64,000 nucleotides of DNA from Candidatus Latescibacterota bacterium (GCA_965248755.1 OZ252149.1:3648001-3712000); one strand, 5' to 3'; shown: positions 38,162 to 48,896, numbered from the stretch's first letter. Notes: generated by a model from the sequence alone, not told the origin. Translations and numbers: made by a program.

Positions 38162-39466
38162 CTACTGTCTGTTGTTCTTGAGGAGTGACGATATGATGTC
38201 GTAGTCCCCCACTATTACTTCCTTCTGGAGCTTTTGCGATATATCCTTGGGCGTCATGTCGTCCAGCAGTATTCCATCGTGATTGACGCAGTTGGGAGGG
38301 AGCACGATTGTGGACTTGAGGCTCTTATCTTTCAACTGATCCACGATGTCCCCTCCCGTCAGGAGCCCCGATACTGAGATATTTCCCCCGAAGAAGCGGT
38401 TTTCCACAGGGATAAGATCAGCCGAGATTCTATGATGACGATTTAATTCAGCCACAACCTCCTCCAGAAAAGAGACGCAAAGCTGCCCTGTCACCAGCGT
38501 TATGTCTATAGGATCGACAAGATTTTCCAGTTCATCTAAACCGGAGTAAAAATCATCCAAAAACCTCCTGGTCATCCCGACTCCGTTTTCGACCTGTGGA
38601 AAATCGTCGTAGTGCTGGTAAGCAGGGATGTTGTGCCCTGCAAGGAGGTAGAATTCATCGGCAAGGTAGACGAACTTGCATTCAAATTGCCTCCCGAATC
38701 TTTCGTGCCATTCTAATTCTCTGCGTATGTATTCTTTAGCTGTTGCAGAGTCCAGGGACACAAGTGGCGCAAGGTGTTCTCTGTATTTGGTAAGTCCGAC
38801 GGGGACTATGGCTATGGATTTTACACTAGGATAGAACTGGCTTAAGTCGTTTATGGTCCGCTCTAAGTGATGGCCGTCGTTGTAGCCCGGACACAGGACT
38901 ACTTGAGTATGGATCTCTATGTCGTGCTCTATGAGCTTTGAGATCGCTTCGATGACATCTGCGGACTTTTTCCTTCCCAGCATCTTTAACCTAAGCTCGG
39001 GATCTGTCGTGTGGACCGAGACGTAGATGGGATTGAGCCTCTGCTCTATTATCCTGTCGAAATCCTCTTCACTGAGGTTGGTAAGTGTGATGTACGCCCC
39101 GTGCAGAAAGGAGAGACGATAGTCGTCATCTTCAATGTACAGCGATTGGCGCATCCCGCGGGGCATCTGGTGGATGAAGCAGAAGACACACTTGTTCCTG
39201 CACTGTTTTATTTCAAGATCGTCAAAACTGATACCCAGATCGCTGTCGAATGGCTTATGTGCCTCCACTTCGATGAGTTGTCCGTCCCTTTGGAGCGTGA
39301 TCTCTAAAAGATCGTCGCTTGAATGAAACTTGTAGTCAATTATATCCCTCAGGGGTTCTCCGTTGATCTCTACTACAGTGTCGCCCTTTTTTATATTCAG
39401 GGATTCAGCTATACTTCTGGGCTCTACACTTACGACCTTTAACGATCCTTCCACTCTCTCAGGCAT
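38162..39466 (-). CDS. PDZ + radical-SAM-like DUF512 protein
   Basis: CRNKCVFC, DDDYRLSF, QVENGVG; typical der neighbour. Confidence 0.88.
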   Translation of the reverse strand: MPERVEGSLKVVSVEPRSIAESLNIKKGDTVVEINGEPLRDIIDYKFHSSDDLLEITLQRDGQLIEVEAHKPFDSDLGISFDDLEIKQCRNKCVFCFIHQMPRGMRQSLYIEDDDYRLSFLHGAYITLTNLSEEDFDRIIEQRLNPIYVSVHTTDPELRLKMLGRKKSADVIEAISKLIEHDIEIHTQVVLCPGYNDGHHLERTINDLSQFYPSVKSIAIVPVGLTKYREHLAPLVSLDSATAKEYIRRELEWHERFGRQFECKFVYLADEFYLLAGHNIPAYQHYDDFPQVENGVGMTRRFLDDFYSGLDELENLVDPIDITLVTGQLCVSFLEEVVAELNRHHRISADLIPVENRFFGGNISVSGLLTGGDIVDQLKDKSLKSTIVLPPNCVNHDGILLDDMTPKDISQKLQKEVIVGDYDIISSLLKNNRQ

Positions 39467-39575
39467 AGGTTCTCAAATCCAATCTTATATATGTAAGCGC
39501 GGTCGAAGAACTTCTGTGACCGCGCTCATGCTATCTATCTTTTATATTGTCGCCCCTTGGCGTCCCTGGAAAAAA

Positions 39576-39650
39576 TGGAGCGGGAAACGGGGATCGAACC
39601 CGCGACATCGAGCTTGGGAAGCTCGCGCTCTACCACTGAGCTACTCCCGC
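39576..39650 (-). tRNA. tRNA-Gly(CCC)
   Basis: GCGGGAGTAGCTCAGTGGTAGAGC..TTCCCAA..GGTTCGATCCCCGTTTCCCGCTCCA. Confidence 0.95.
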
Positions 39651-40065
39651 TTTGGCTGTCATTCCTGGGGTGCTAAAACAAGCATCAACGAACTTTTCGT
39701 GGAACAAGTGGCCTACCACACGCCAAAGCTGTATAGTCTCCTGCTTCACAGACCGCCTTAAGGAAGATATCCAGAGGCTTAACTTCGGGCTGCCCAACCT
39801 TACTATTGTATCCACGTGGTTCTTGTGGACATGTCTAATACTAACGAATATTAGTTCGACTGTCAAGTATTTTTTGTCGGCAGTATACTCCTGCTAAAAA
39901 CATCAGAGTTTCAGCTTGTATGTAGTAGCCGACCCGGATGGCAGTGGAGGGCAAGATGTGGCAACGAGCCATCCCCGCTCCCATATAGATTCAATAGGGG
40001 ATCACAATCGGGAAGTGATTCGCCCGATCTATCCATATTATCAGAGCAGACACGTGGTTCTGGGT

Positions 40066-41184
40066 CTACTGTCTACTTGCGGTCCTGACGATCTGCATCT
40101 CTTTCATCTTCTCCTGGGCCTCGGCGTAGTAATCCCCAGCGTCGGGCTGCTCCTTGATCCATTCGACGTACTCCTGGATTATCCCTTCCAATGGCATCTC
40201 CGCCTGCCAGCCAAGCTCCTGGAGCTTTTCCGAAGTCGAGACCGTGTGTCTGGTATCGCCGAATCGGAACTCTCCCGGCACCAGCGGTTCTAAGTCTTTT
40301 TTGCACTTTTTAGCGACGATGCGGGCAACTTCCAAAACGGTGGTCTCTTTCTGTCCTGCGATGTTGAAAGCCTCGTAGTTTGCTTCGTCTTTCTCCATCA
40401 CTAACACGTTGGCTTTTGCCGCGTCTTTGACATAGACATAGTCCCTCTTTTGCAATCCGTCTTCATAGGCTACGGGAGTGTTGTCGTGGAGGAGTCTTAG
40501 TGTGAATATGCGGCAAACTCCCGAATAGGCGTTATAGAAGGAATTTCGTGGACCCTGGACGATTGAGTATCTCATAGCTGTTGTGGGGATGTCGTATTTT
40601 CTGCCCAGACTGATACCCGCCATTTCAAGGGCGTATTTGGATATGCCGTATGCTGTGTGAGGATTGACGTTGTCTTCGGTGATGGGGAGATTGACCATGG
40701 GCTCCGAGCAGTGAGGGCATTTGATCTCCCATTCTCCCTTCTGCAATTGTTCAAGAGAACGGGGCCCAGGATATATCACGCCGTGTTCGTCGCATCTGTA
40801 CTTACCCTCGCCGTAGACGGCTTGTGAGGAGGCTAAGACTATCTTGCAGATGGGATATTTGTTCTCGACTATGAGTTCGTACAAGAGCGCTGTGCTGACC
40901 GTGTTGACACAAAAGAACGTGCTGAAGTCAGGCATGTAGTCCTGGTAGGCGGCCATGTGGAATACATATTCTACGCCATGGAGCGCTACCTTCAACGTCT
41001 CTTTATCCGTCACGTCGCCGTGTATGAACTCAACGTCATCGGGAATGTAGGCCGGTTTGCCTTTAGGATGGACTCTTTCCTGAAGGCTGTCCAGAATCTT
41101 TACATCGTATCCTCTTTCAAGGAGGAGGTCAACTGTATGGGAGCCGATAAAGCCGGCTCCGCCTGTTACCAGGACTTTGGGCAT
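40066..41184 (-). CDS. NAD-dependent epimerase/dehydratase
   Basis: TGGAGFIGS, YGISK, RDYVYV. Confidence 0.92.
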   Translation of the reverse strand: MPKVLVTGGAGFIGSHTVDLLLERGYDVKILDSLQERVHPKGKPAYIPDDVEFIHGDVTDKETLKVALHGVEYVFHMAAYQDYMPDFSTFFCVNTVSTALLYELIVENKYPICKIVLASSQAVYGEGKYRCDEHGVIYPGPRSLEQLQKGEWEIKCPHCSEPMVNLPITEDNVNPHTAYGISKYALEMAGISLGRKYDIPTTAMRYSIVQGPRNSFYNAYSGVCRIFTLRLLHDNTPVAYEDGLQKRDYVYVKDAAKANVLVMEKDEANYEAFNIAGQKETTVLEVARIVAKKCKKDLEPLVPGEFRFGDTRHTVSTSEKLQELGWQAEMPLEGIIQEYVEWIKEQPDAGDYYAEAQEKMKEMQIVRTASRQ

Positions 41185-41491
41185 CTGTTCTCCTTATTGT
41201 TGAGCGGCTTCAAACGCTACTTTGTAATAATTTCATATATCTGGCGTTGTCCGTCTTGGGGTCGTTGCGAGGGGTGTAACCCCGAAGCAATCTCGGAGGA
41301 TGGGAGGCAGTCTAAGTGAGATAGCTTCGCCCACTTTGTGGCTTGTTGCTGCCACCCCAGCAAAGCGGCCACGCCGCCTCGCAATGACATGCTTGCCCAG
41401 ACCTTTAGTAGGACAGACAAAAATATCTGTCCTACCAACCACGTTATCAACACACTCTTTGTAGCCTGGTGGGTCAGACATTTCCCGCGAT

Positions 41492-42432
41492 TTAATCGGG
41501 GGCTGACAAAGCAATTTCGAACAATTCAAGCTGACTTATCTCTGAGCCTAATTGCACATTTTGCGGTGGAACACTAGTATTGGATGCGTCAGGGTCGTAA
41601 ACTGACCTGCCCATCAGTCGGATGCGCAGCTCTCCCTTCTCTGCCATCCGAATACGTTCCTTTGCAATTTGCACGTACTCAGGCATAGTCTTGGAGCCAA
41701 TGGCCTTTCTCTTGTGCATCAAGGCAGCAATTGCAGTCGTTCCCACACCGATAAACGGATCCAACACCCAATCCCCCTTATTAGTCATCGACAGCACCAG
41801 ACGCTCGATCAATTCGACAGGGAACTGGCACGGGTGGATAGTCTTTTCCACATGGTTTGCCTTCACATTGGGGATCTCCCAGATATCACCGGGATTCTTG
41901 CCCAGTGGATTGCCCGAAGGCTGTCCCCTCTTTGGACCCATGAAGTGCTTCTTCTTGGGATACTTCTGGGGCACACGGACAGCGTCCAGATTGAAGGTAT
42001 ACTCGTCGCCTTTGGTAAACCACAGAATGACCTCATTTCGGCCGGAAAAGCGCTTTGAGGCGTGCAATCCGTGTCCAAAGTACCAGACGATGCGATTGCG
42101 AAGATGCAATCCTGACGAGGCGAAGATGGGGTACAGAACTATGTCAAGAGGGACGATTTTCCCTTATCGACGTAGTTGCCGACCTGCCAGCAGATGCTTC
42201 CGCGATCGTCTAAGGCTTGCACGCACTCCTTGATAACTCTGCGCTGCTGGGACAGGTATTCATCTACCTCCAGGCGACTTTCGTAGGATTTGCCCAGGTT
42301 GTACGGCGGCGAAGTGACGACCAGGTTCACGAACCCATTAGGTATCTGGGAAAGCAGGTTGAGGCAGTCACCTTGATATAGAACGAAGTCCGCCTTACTA
42401 TCACATCCTGAAGTGATTCTGACGCTGTCCAT
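41492..42432 (-). pseudogene. Orphan N4-C/N6-A DNA methyltransferase (beta class), frameshift near 42160
   Basis: TSPPY in 5' fragment; HPCQFP, DPFIGVGTT in 3' fragment. Confidence 0.85.
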
Positions 42433-42533
42433 TGGATACTCCCGCTCAATCCCCTTGATCTGGCGGAAATCTGCCCTCTGCCAAAACCAATCTAAGTTAA
42501 CCCAGATACACCATGGTCCTCAAATAATAGCCC

Positions 42534-44093
42534 CTACCGCATGAAATCCGCGACCCGTTCTCCGATGACCATAGAAGTCACGTTGGTGTTGGCGCGGACG
42601 CAGTCGGGCATGATCGAAGCGTCGGCTACCCGCAGCCCCTCGACGCCGTAGACTTTACCGTACTGATCGACCACCGTCATCGGGTCTGAGCCCGGCCCCA
42701 TCTTGCAGGTCGATGAGACGTGGTGACTGGTTCCGACCTTTCGCATCATCCACTCGTTCAGTGCTTCGTCCGTCTCCAGATCGGCATCCGTCGGCCCGAT
42801 GCGTTCGGCGATGAGTTCTTTGAACGCCTCGTGTTCGATTAAACCGATTATTATGCGCACAGCCTCGCGCAGTCGCTCGCGGTCAAAGGACTCCGACAGG
42901 TAGTTGTAGTCCAGCGCGGGTTGTCGGTGCGGGTCGGAAGAGGTGAGCTTGATTTCGCCCGCGCCAACAGCAAGGTAGATACAGGCCCAGATGTAAAATC
43001 CCAGAGGCTTGGAGTCAGATGCGACCGTATACCCCTCCTCGGTGGCAAAAGAGCCCGGCAGGATAAACATATCATTGCGCAGGTCGGAACCCCGCGCCGT
43101 GTAGCGAAGCCCAACCTGCAACCGGGGCTCTGTGCCATCGGGCAGAAGAGCTTCCTTTACCCTTAAGGTCACGGGCAGTTGCGGATGGTCTCTCAGGTTC
43201 TGCCCGACGCCCGCCAAGTCGTGCACCACGGAGATTCCCACCTCTTTGAGATGATTGGCCGGCCCGATACCCGAAAGCATGAGAATATGCGGCGAGCCGA
43301 TGGCGCCCCCGCACAGAATGAGCTCCTCGCCGTAGACATTGAACATCTCGCCGCCGCTCTCCACCTCGACGCCAATCGCCTGGCGGCCTTCAAAGAGCAC
43401 GCGGTGTACCAGGCATTCCGCTTTGATGGTGAGGTTCAGGCGGTGGCGCGCCTGGCTCAGGTAACCGATCGCTGTGCTCCAGCGGATGCCGTCTGCATTA
43501 TTGAGCGCCAGCGGACCGCCCCCCGTAGAGTCGGGGGCGTTGTGGTCGGGACAAGCCTGATAGCCGGCGGCCCGACAGGCGTCGTAGAAGGCTCGGTGTT
43601 CGGGATTCAACGCCTCGTATTTGAAACGCCGAACGCGGATGGGACCGGCGTCGCCGTGGAAGGAATCGCGAAAGTCGGGGTCGGCTTCGTTTTTGCAAAA
43701 GTAAGGGAGTAGCTCCTGGAAGCTCCACTTGTCGTTGCCCAGCTTGGCCCAGGTATCGTAGTCTTCGGGGACCCCGCGGAGAAAGACCTGCGCATTCACG
43801 GCGCTTGAGCCGCCAACGATTTTCCCCCGGGGCACGAACATGTCGGGGATTTTGTCGGTAGCCCTGGCCGTATAGCCCCAGCCGAATTTCGTGTAGTGAC
43901 CGAAGGCCCGCGCCCAAATGTTGCGGTCTTTGCCGTAGGCAAACTTGATTTCCTCGGGGAGTTGCTCGAACTGCGGGAAGTCGGGCCCCGCATCCAACAA
44001 TAGCACCGACTTACCCGGGTCCTCGGTGAGACGGGTGGCGAGTACGGCTCCGGCAGAGCCTGCCCCTACAATTATTACGTCGTATTTCATCAC
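42534..44093 (-). CDS. GMC family oxidoreductase (choline dehydrogenase-like)
   Basis: GAGSAG, RGKIVGGSSAVN, VGQNLRDH, VADASIMP. Confidence 0.92.
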   Translation of the reverse strand: MMKYDVIIVGAGSAGAVLATRLTEDPGKSVLLLDAGPDFPQFEQLPEEIKFAYGKDRNIWARAFGHYTKFGWGYTARATDKIPDMFVPRGKIVGGSSAVNAQVFLRGVPEDYDTWAKLGNDKWSFQELLPYFCKNEADPDFRDSFHGDAGPIRVRRFKYEALNPEHRAFYDACRAAGYQACPDHNAPDSTGGGPLALNNADGIRWSTAIGYLSQARHRLNLTIKAECLVHRVLFEGRQAIGVEVESGGEMFNVYGEELILCGGAIGSPHILMLSGIGPANHLKEVGISVVHDLAGVGQNLRDHPQLPVTLRVKEALLPDGTEPRLQVGLRYTARGSDLRNDMFILPGSFATEEGYTVASDSKPLGFYIWACIYLAVGAGEIKLTSSDPHRQPALDYNYLSESFDRERLREAVRIIIGLIEHEAFKELIAERIGPTDADLETDEALNEWMMRKVGTSHHVSSTCKMGPGSDPMTVVDQYGKVYGVEGLRVADASIMPDCVRANTNVTSMVIGERVADFMR

Positions 44094-44099
44094 TATTTG

Positions 44100-44217
44100 A
44101 CCTCCGCAGCAGGGCCCGCAATACCTTCTCAGCTACACCGCCGCCTTTTACCATTTGCGGTGAGGCTCATATCTTCATTGCCCGATTTAGCGGGTCCGCT
44201 GGATCGCCTAGTTGGAC
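44100..44217 (-). other. Degenerate attC (right end lost)
   Basis: Minus GTCCAAC..ATCCAGCGGACCCGC ... GCGGGCCCTGCTG. Confidence 0.5.
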
Positions 44218-44242
44218 TTACTGCTATCCACTACCGCGCTCT

Positions 44243-44440
44243 TCAAAGTCTGAATAGTAGAATTATTAACAGGGCAGATGCCAGGCTCGCAAAGGCCGCC
44301 CTGATTAAGTTGCATAGGTTCCAACGCGGTTCGAAGTCTTTACGAGCCGCGTTTTGCGTTGTTTCATTCATAGCGTCGACATCCAGAGTTTCTAGTTTCT
44401 TATTCAGCGGTATGTTAATAGTGACGGTCCGCCATGACCC
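44243..44440 (-). pseudogene. DUF1772-like membrane protein C-terminal fragment (cassette remnant)
   Basis: TVTINIPLNKKL..ARKDFEPRWNL..IR. Confidence 0.6.
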
Positions 44441-44484
44441 GCTCGACAGCCGTCTCCATGGCGTTTGCCACGCGCAGGCCATTC

Positions 44485-44506
44485 GCCCAACGACCCGCCG
44501 TTATGC
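44485..44506 (-). other. Collapsed attC remnant (22 bp)
   Basis: Minus GCATAAC-GGCGGGTC-GTTGGGC; contains the MTase stop codon. Confidence 0.55.
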
Positions 44507-45076
44507 GTTATCATGTTTCTTGAGCTTACACTCAAATAGGTTGCGTTCCTCTTTGACAATCGCCCAACAGTCACTCCTCAATATCTTCTCCCTCGCGTCG
44601 TTAAACGGTTGGTGACCACACTCGACAAAGAGCGTGCCATTGGGCTTGAGTAAGCGGCGCAATTCTCTGAGAAACGGCTCGACGTCTTTCACATGATGGA
44701 ACATATCCAAAGCATAGATAACGTCCGCCGATTGACTCTTGATGTCGACCGGGTAGCCTGTTGAAAAGACTGGAATCACATTGTTGAGGCTCTTCTTTCG
44801 CACCTTTGCCTTGACTGACTTGATCGCCAATGGGTGAACATCTACAGCGTAGACTTTACCTGCGTCACTGACTGCTCTAGAGGCCCGTTCAATATAGCTT
44901 CCTGGCCCACACCCAAAATCTACAACAACAGAACCATTTTCGATGCCGAAACTATCTACCTGTTCACTTACAGGGGCAAAAACATCTCGAATTGAAAGGA
45001 AGAAAGACATCACACGAAATAGGATATTCGGGATGTTTTCCGTTTCGTATCCAAATATTGTTCTTAACAATCTCAT
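44501..45076 (-). CDS. Class I SAM-dependent methyltransferase (gene cassette)
   Basis: VDFGCGPG, LKPNG; bounded by GTTAGGC / GCATAAC. Confidence 0.85.
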   Translation of the reverse strand: MRLLRTIFGYETENIPNILFRVMSFFLSIRDVFAPVSEQVDSFGIENGSVVVDFGCGPGSYIERASRAVSDAGKVYAVDVHPLAIKSVKAKVRKKSLNNVIPVFSTGYPVDIKSQSADVIYALDMFHHVKDVEPFLRELRRLLKPNGTLFVECGHQPFNDAREKILRSDCWAIVKEERNLFECKLKKHDNA

Positions 45077-45102
45077 GCTGATTTTCGTTTCATTACCTAA
45101 GC

Positions 45103-45174
45103 GCCTAACGACCAAGCTCACCTGCCCCTATGAAGCGCAGCGGAATAGCGGTCGGGTTCAGCGCTTTGTTAGGT
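45103..45174 (-). other. Integron attC site (72 bp)
   Basis: Minus ACCTAAC..GCTGAACCCGACC..GCAGGTGAGCT..GTTAGGC; upstream gene's TAA lies in the inverse core. Confidence 0.85.
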
Positions 45175-46146
45175 TTTGTTATTATGTTCCAAAGTTATGA
45201 CTACATTTCCCTTTTTGTGTCCTTTTTCGACATACCTGTGAGCCTCGGCAGTCTGTTCCAGCGGATAGCTTCTATCTATGACCGATTTTATCTTTCCCGC
45301 CTCAATAAGCTCTCTGAGGAAAACTAAATCCCCTCTCTCGCTTGCTATCCCCCATATTAGTTTCTTGCTGCTTGTCATTGAAGTCCATAGTGCTTGAAGA
45401 AGAGGCCAATCAACTGTAAGATAGATCCCTTTTTGCTTTAGCGAGCTTTTACAACGTGAAAACGAAGTCTTCATTACCGTGTCGAAAATGATATCGTAGG
45501 TCTGGCCGCTCTTGGTAAAATCCTCTTTGGTGTAATCAATGACCATATCGGCACCAAGAGATTTCACCATTTCTATATTTGTGGTACTGCATACCCCGGT
45601 CACTTCCGCCCCAAAGTACCTGGCAAGCTGTACTGCGAATGTACCTACACTTCCAGAAGCGCCAAAGATAAGAACTTTCTGTCCGCTCTGAATATCTCCT
45701 TTTCTAAGAAAATGCAATGCTGTCAGTCCCCCAATGGGAACGGCGGCGGCTTCCTCATAGGTCGTATTGGCCGGTTTTATTGCCGCCCCGTCTTCAGGCA
45801 GACATTTGTACTCGGCATTCCCACCACCAAAAGCTACCGTCCACATAATTCCAAAAACTTGGTTACCTTTCCTAAATAGTGTTACGTCTTTGCCTACTGA
45901 TTCAATTTCGCCGGCTAGCTCATTCCCTGGTATAGGTTTTCTTGGTGTTCTAAGACCAAACATTATTCGCGAGGGGAGCCAGAACCAGGGAGCCCATGTG
46001 GAACTTCGAAGCCTCACGTCCCCTGATGTTACTGTGGTTGCATGTATTCTTATCAGTACTTCATTGTCCTTCGGAGTAGGTTTTTCTACCTCTTTGAGCT
46101 GAAGAACATCCGGTGGTCCGTATTTTGTGGCTACAATCGCTTTCAT
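45169..46146 (-). CDS. MDR-family NAD(P)-dependent oxidoreductase (gene cassette)
   Basis: [23 protein letters not shown]; candidate core site GTTAAGT at 46222-46228. Confidence 0.9.
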   Translation of the reverse strand: MKAIVATKYGPPDVLQLKEVEKPTPKDNEVLIRIHATTVTSGDVRLRSSTWAPWFWLPSRIMFGLRTPRKPIPGNELAGEIESVGKDVTLFRKGNQVFGIMWTVAFGGGNAEYKCLPEDGAAIKPANTTYEEAAAVPIGGLTALHFLRKGDIQSGQKVLIFGASGSVGTFAVQLARYFGAEVTGVCSTTNIEMVKSLGADMVIDYTKEDFTKSGQTYDIIFDTVMKTSFSRCKSSLKQKGIYLTVDWPLLQALWTSMTSSKKLIWGIASERGDLVFLRELIEAGKIKSVIDRSYPLEQTAEAHRYVEKGHKKGNVVITLEHNNKT

Positions 46147-46422
46147 GAGTCTCCTTCAAGATTGCTTTGATTCGGACATTTTTAATATAGTTCACTACAA
46201 TCTATCCTATAAGTTTGCAAAACTTAACATGAATTATGCGGGTCAGTATAATTCCCAAACATAGCTCATGCTCGCAGGATATCACCCCACGGTTTCATCT
46301 TGTTTGTGAGCACAACCCCTGTATCCAATGGACTTATGTGGAAGATCTGACAAAGTACCTCTGGGTTGATCAGTGCGACTGCTGCAGTATAGCAAAGCGC
46401 TGCTCTTCACTCTATGATGACC

Positions 46423-47190
46423 TCACATAGCCGACTCTCCGCCGTCCACAAACAGGCATGTTCCGGTGACGAACGACGCGTCGTCAGAAGCCAGGAACAG
46501 GACACCCGCGGCAATCTCTCGTGGTGTCCCCGGCCGCTTGAGCATGAGGGGCCGTCCAAATTCTTCCTTGAATACCTCGTGGGCTTTGCCGGCATCAGCG
46601 GCACGTTGCTCGTGAAAGGTGGTAAAGGTCGGTCCCGGACACAGTGCATTGGCCCGGATGCCATCCGCGGCATGAGCTCGGGCCAGGCCACGCGTCAAGC
46701 CGGTGACCGCTGCCTTTGTGGTATCGTACTGTACCGTGTTGTCGCCCGCTATAACTGCATTGTTAGAGGCTATGTTGACAATGCTCCCGTTTCCCGTACG
46801 ACGCAGGGCCGGAATGGCGGCTTTGGCGCAGAAGGCATAGCCTTTGACGTTCACCCCCAAAATGGTGTCCCAGCTCTCCTCGCTGGCTTCGGTCACGCTT
46901 TGGTAGAGACGGATGGCGGCATTATTCACCAGAATATTGAGCTGACCAAAGTGTTCTACTGTACGCCGGATAAAGGCCATAGCCTCGGCTTCGCGCTCCA
47001 CGTGGGTCTCCACAAATAGCACTTCTCCCCCACTCGCCTTGATCTCTTCCGCAACGCCGGCGCCGCGAGCGCTATCGCGATCGGCAAAGGACACCATTGC
47101 GCCCTCTTCCACGAAGAGCCGTACCGTGGCTTCGCCAATGCCCGATGCACCCCCGGTTACCGCCGCTACCTTGCCATGAAGCCTTCCCAT
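46423..47190 (-). CDS. SDR family oxidoreductase
   Basis: TGGASGIG, NNAA, YDTTK. Confidence 0.92.
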   Translation of the reverse strand: MGRLHGKVAAVTGGASGIGEATVRLFVEEGAMVSFADRDSARGAGVAEEIKASGGEVLFVETHVEREAEAMAFIRRTVEHFGQLNILVNNAAIRLYQSVTEASEESWDTILGVNVKGYAFCAKAAIPALRRTGNGSIVNIASNNAVIAGDNTVQYDTTKAAVTGLTRGLARAHAADGIRANALCPGPTFTTFHEQRAADAGKAHEVFKEEFGRPLMLKRPGTPREIAAGVLFLASDDASFVTGTCLFVDGGESAM

Positions 47191-47231
47191 CTGTCACCTC
47201 CCTGAAGGGGCGCACGCCCCCGCCCGATCCA

Positions 47232-47600
47232 TCAGCGTTGGGCGTCCTTGGACGGGACTTCCGCCGGCATACAGATCTCGATAACTTCGAAATCGTCGGA
47301 GTATTCCAGGACTTCGTGTTTGATGTTGGGCTCCTGGAGCCAACTGTCGCCGGCCTCGAAGCGGACCTCACCAGCGTCTTCGAATTCGACCCGAGTCCAG
47401 CCGTTCAGCACATAGTTCATCTGGAACTCAACATCGTGGGTGTGATAGCCACCGGGACCGCTGCAAGGTTCCTTGGCACGGATGACGTGCGCGAGGACCT
47501 TGCCCCTGGTGGCCTTTACGATGCCGAGATCCCGGTACTCAAAGTAGGTCCGGATACCGGTCTTCCAATCTGCGGACTTGCTAAACGACATATTAGTCAT
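47232..47600 (-). CDS. Cupin domain protein
   Basis: HTH..FQ..YVL, GD..HEV. Confidence 0.8.
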   Translation of the reverse strand: MTNMSFSKSADWKTGIRTYFEYRDLGIVKATRGKVLAHVIRAKEPCSGPGGYHTHDVEFQMNYVLNGWTRVEFEDAGEVRFEAGDSWLQEPNIKHEVLEYSDDFEVIEICMPAEVPSKDAQR

Positions 47601-47659
47601 AGTGACTTATCCTCCTGGCTTGGAATCGATTGATCTGGGATTTCCCAGATGGCCCTTGC

Positions 47660-47962
47660 CCGAAGACCATCTCGGGCGGACGAACACCCAAGCGGCCCTT
47701 GTTGATAACATGTGTGTAGATTATCGTGGTTTTGAGGTCTTTCTGTTCCAGAAGTTCCTGTACAGTCCTGATGTCGTAGCCATCCTCCAGCAGATGTGTC
47801 GCAAATCAATCTCGAAAGGTGTGGCAGGAGGCTTGCTTTGCCGCAGGAGGCTCGCTTTGCCAGTCCAGCGCGGCGAACAGCTTCCTTCACGGCTCTTTGA
47901 ACGACGGATTCGTGGAGGTGGTGCCGCCTCCTGTGTCCGGTGGCCTTATGGAAATAGGTGCA
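47660..47962 (-). pseudogene. intI: Integron integrase C-terminal fragment
   Basis: RRHHLHESVVQRAVKEAVRRAGLAKRASC / [38 protein letters not shown]; 19-bp tandem duplication frameshift at 47824-47861. Confidence 0.88.
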
Positions 47963-48025
47963 GGTGGCGAGTACGGCTCCGGCAGAGCCTGCCCCTACGA
48001 TGATTGCGTCGTATTTCACTGCCAT
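47963..48025 (-). pseudogene. 5' stub of a GMC oxidoreductase
   Basis: MAVKYDAIIVGAGSAGAVLAT, near-identical DNA to 44034-44090. Confidence 0.75.
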
Positions 48026-48113
48026 TGTACCTCCTCAACAGGGCTCGCGAGCAGAAGGGAGCTTGCAGCGGAAATAATCAAATTGGACTCGTTTATCCGT
48101 CAGGCTCTACTTT

Positions 48114-48896
48114 CTAACCCTCAAACAACGATGGGAAGTGGCCATATGCATCAGCAGGCTCACGGAAAAGAATCTTCTGACGGGGTGTCAGTTCCACATT
48201 CACCGGTGGTCGAACGCGCTTTGAAGTCCAAGCCATGTGGGATACACAATATTTATACAATAGAGTCCGGCGTTCGTGCCTGCCCTGCCAGGCGGCCGTT
48301 CCATGCGTCAGCGCCTCGGTAAATAGAATCACTGAACCGGCCGGCGCACTTGGAATGACCACACACGATGCCTTTTCGCGGGCCTCATCTATCTGTTGCG
48401 GCAACTTAAAATTACTTTTGTGGCTGCCGGGAATACAACAAAAACCACCCAAGTCTGGCCCTGAGTCCGACATATTCCATGCCACGACAACGAACCCATT
48501 GTAAATCTGGTTATCGCGGAAGGGATAGTATTCCCCCGGCCGAGCGCCGGAGGTTGGGACAGTGGCACCGTAGTCGGCATGCAGGTGCCCGTTTGGCATC
48601 CCCTCATGCATATACATCCCGTAAATCCGATCCAGGCGAAAGCAGTCGCCCAACCGAAATTGCATGATCGGCATAATCTGAGGATGATCCAGTAACTCAC
48701 AAAAGGGGGCGCCCCATTCGAGAAAACCCGATCCCTCTGGTGCACTCCCAAATCTTTGTGTCTGCCCTGGTGCGGGTAGTTCTTGTTCGTCCAGTAGCTG
48801 GTTGAATGTTACGATTTGTTCTGGACTCAAAATATCTTCAATCACCAGGTAGCCTTGCACATCAAAGAGGTACTGCTGCATTTGAAGATCACTCAT
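48114..48896 (-). CDS. Phytanoyl-CoA dioxygenase family protein
   Basis: LHAD, IPGSHK, LTHG..R. Confidence 0.85.
   Translation of the reverse strand: MSDLQMQQYLFDVQGYLVIEDILSPEQIVTFNQLLDEQELPAPGQTQRFGSAPEGSGFLEWGAPFCELLDHPQIMPIMQFRLGDCFRLDRIYGMYMHEGMPNGHLHADYGATVPTSGARPGEYYPFRDNQIYNGFVVVAWNMSDSGPDLGGFCCIPGSHKSNFKLPQQIDEAREKASCVVIPSAPAGSVILFTEALTHGTAAWQGRHERRTLLYKYCVSHMAWTSKRVRPPVNVELTPRQKILFREPADAYGHFPSLFEG

Noticed and set aside
39576..39650. tRNA-Gly as an island attachment site
   Set aside because: No duplicate of its 3' end noticed in the window, no adjacent integrase, and housekeeping genes lie downstream
47597..48025. 142-aa ORF as a functional gene
   Set aside because: Fusion of GMC stub, IntI fragment and out-of-frame tail
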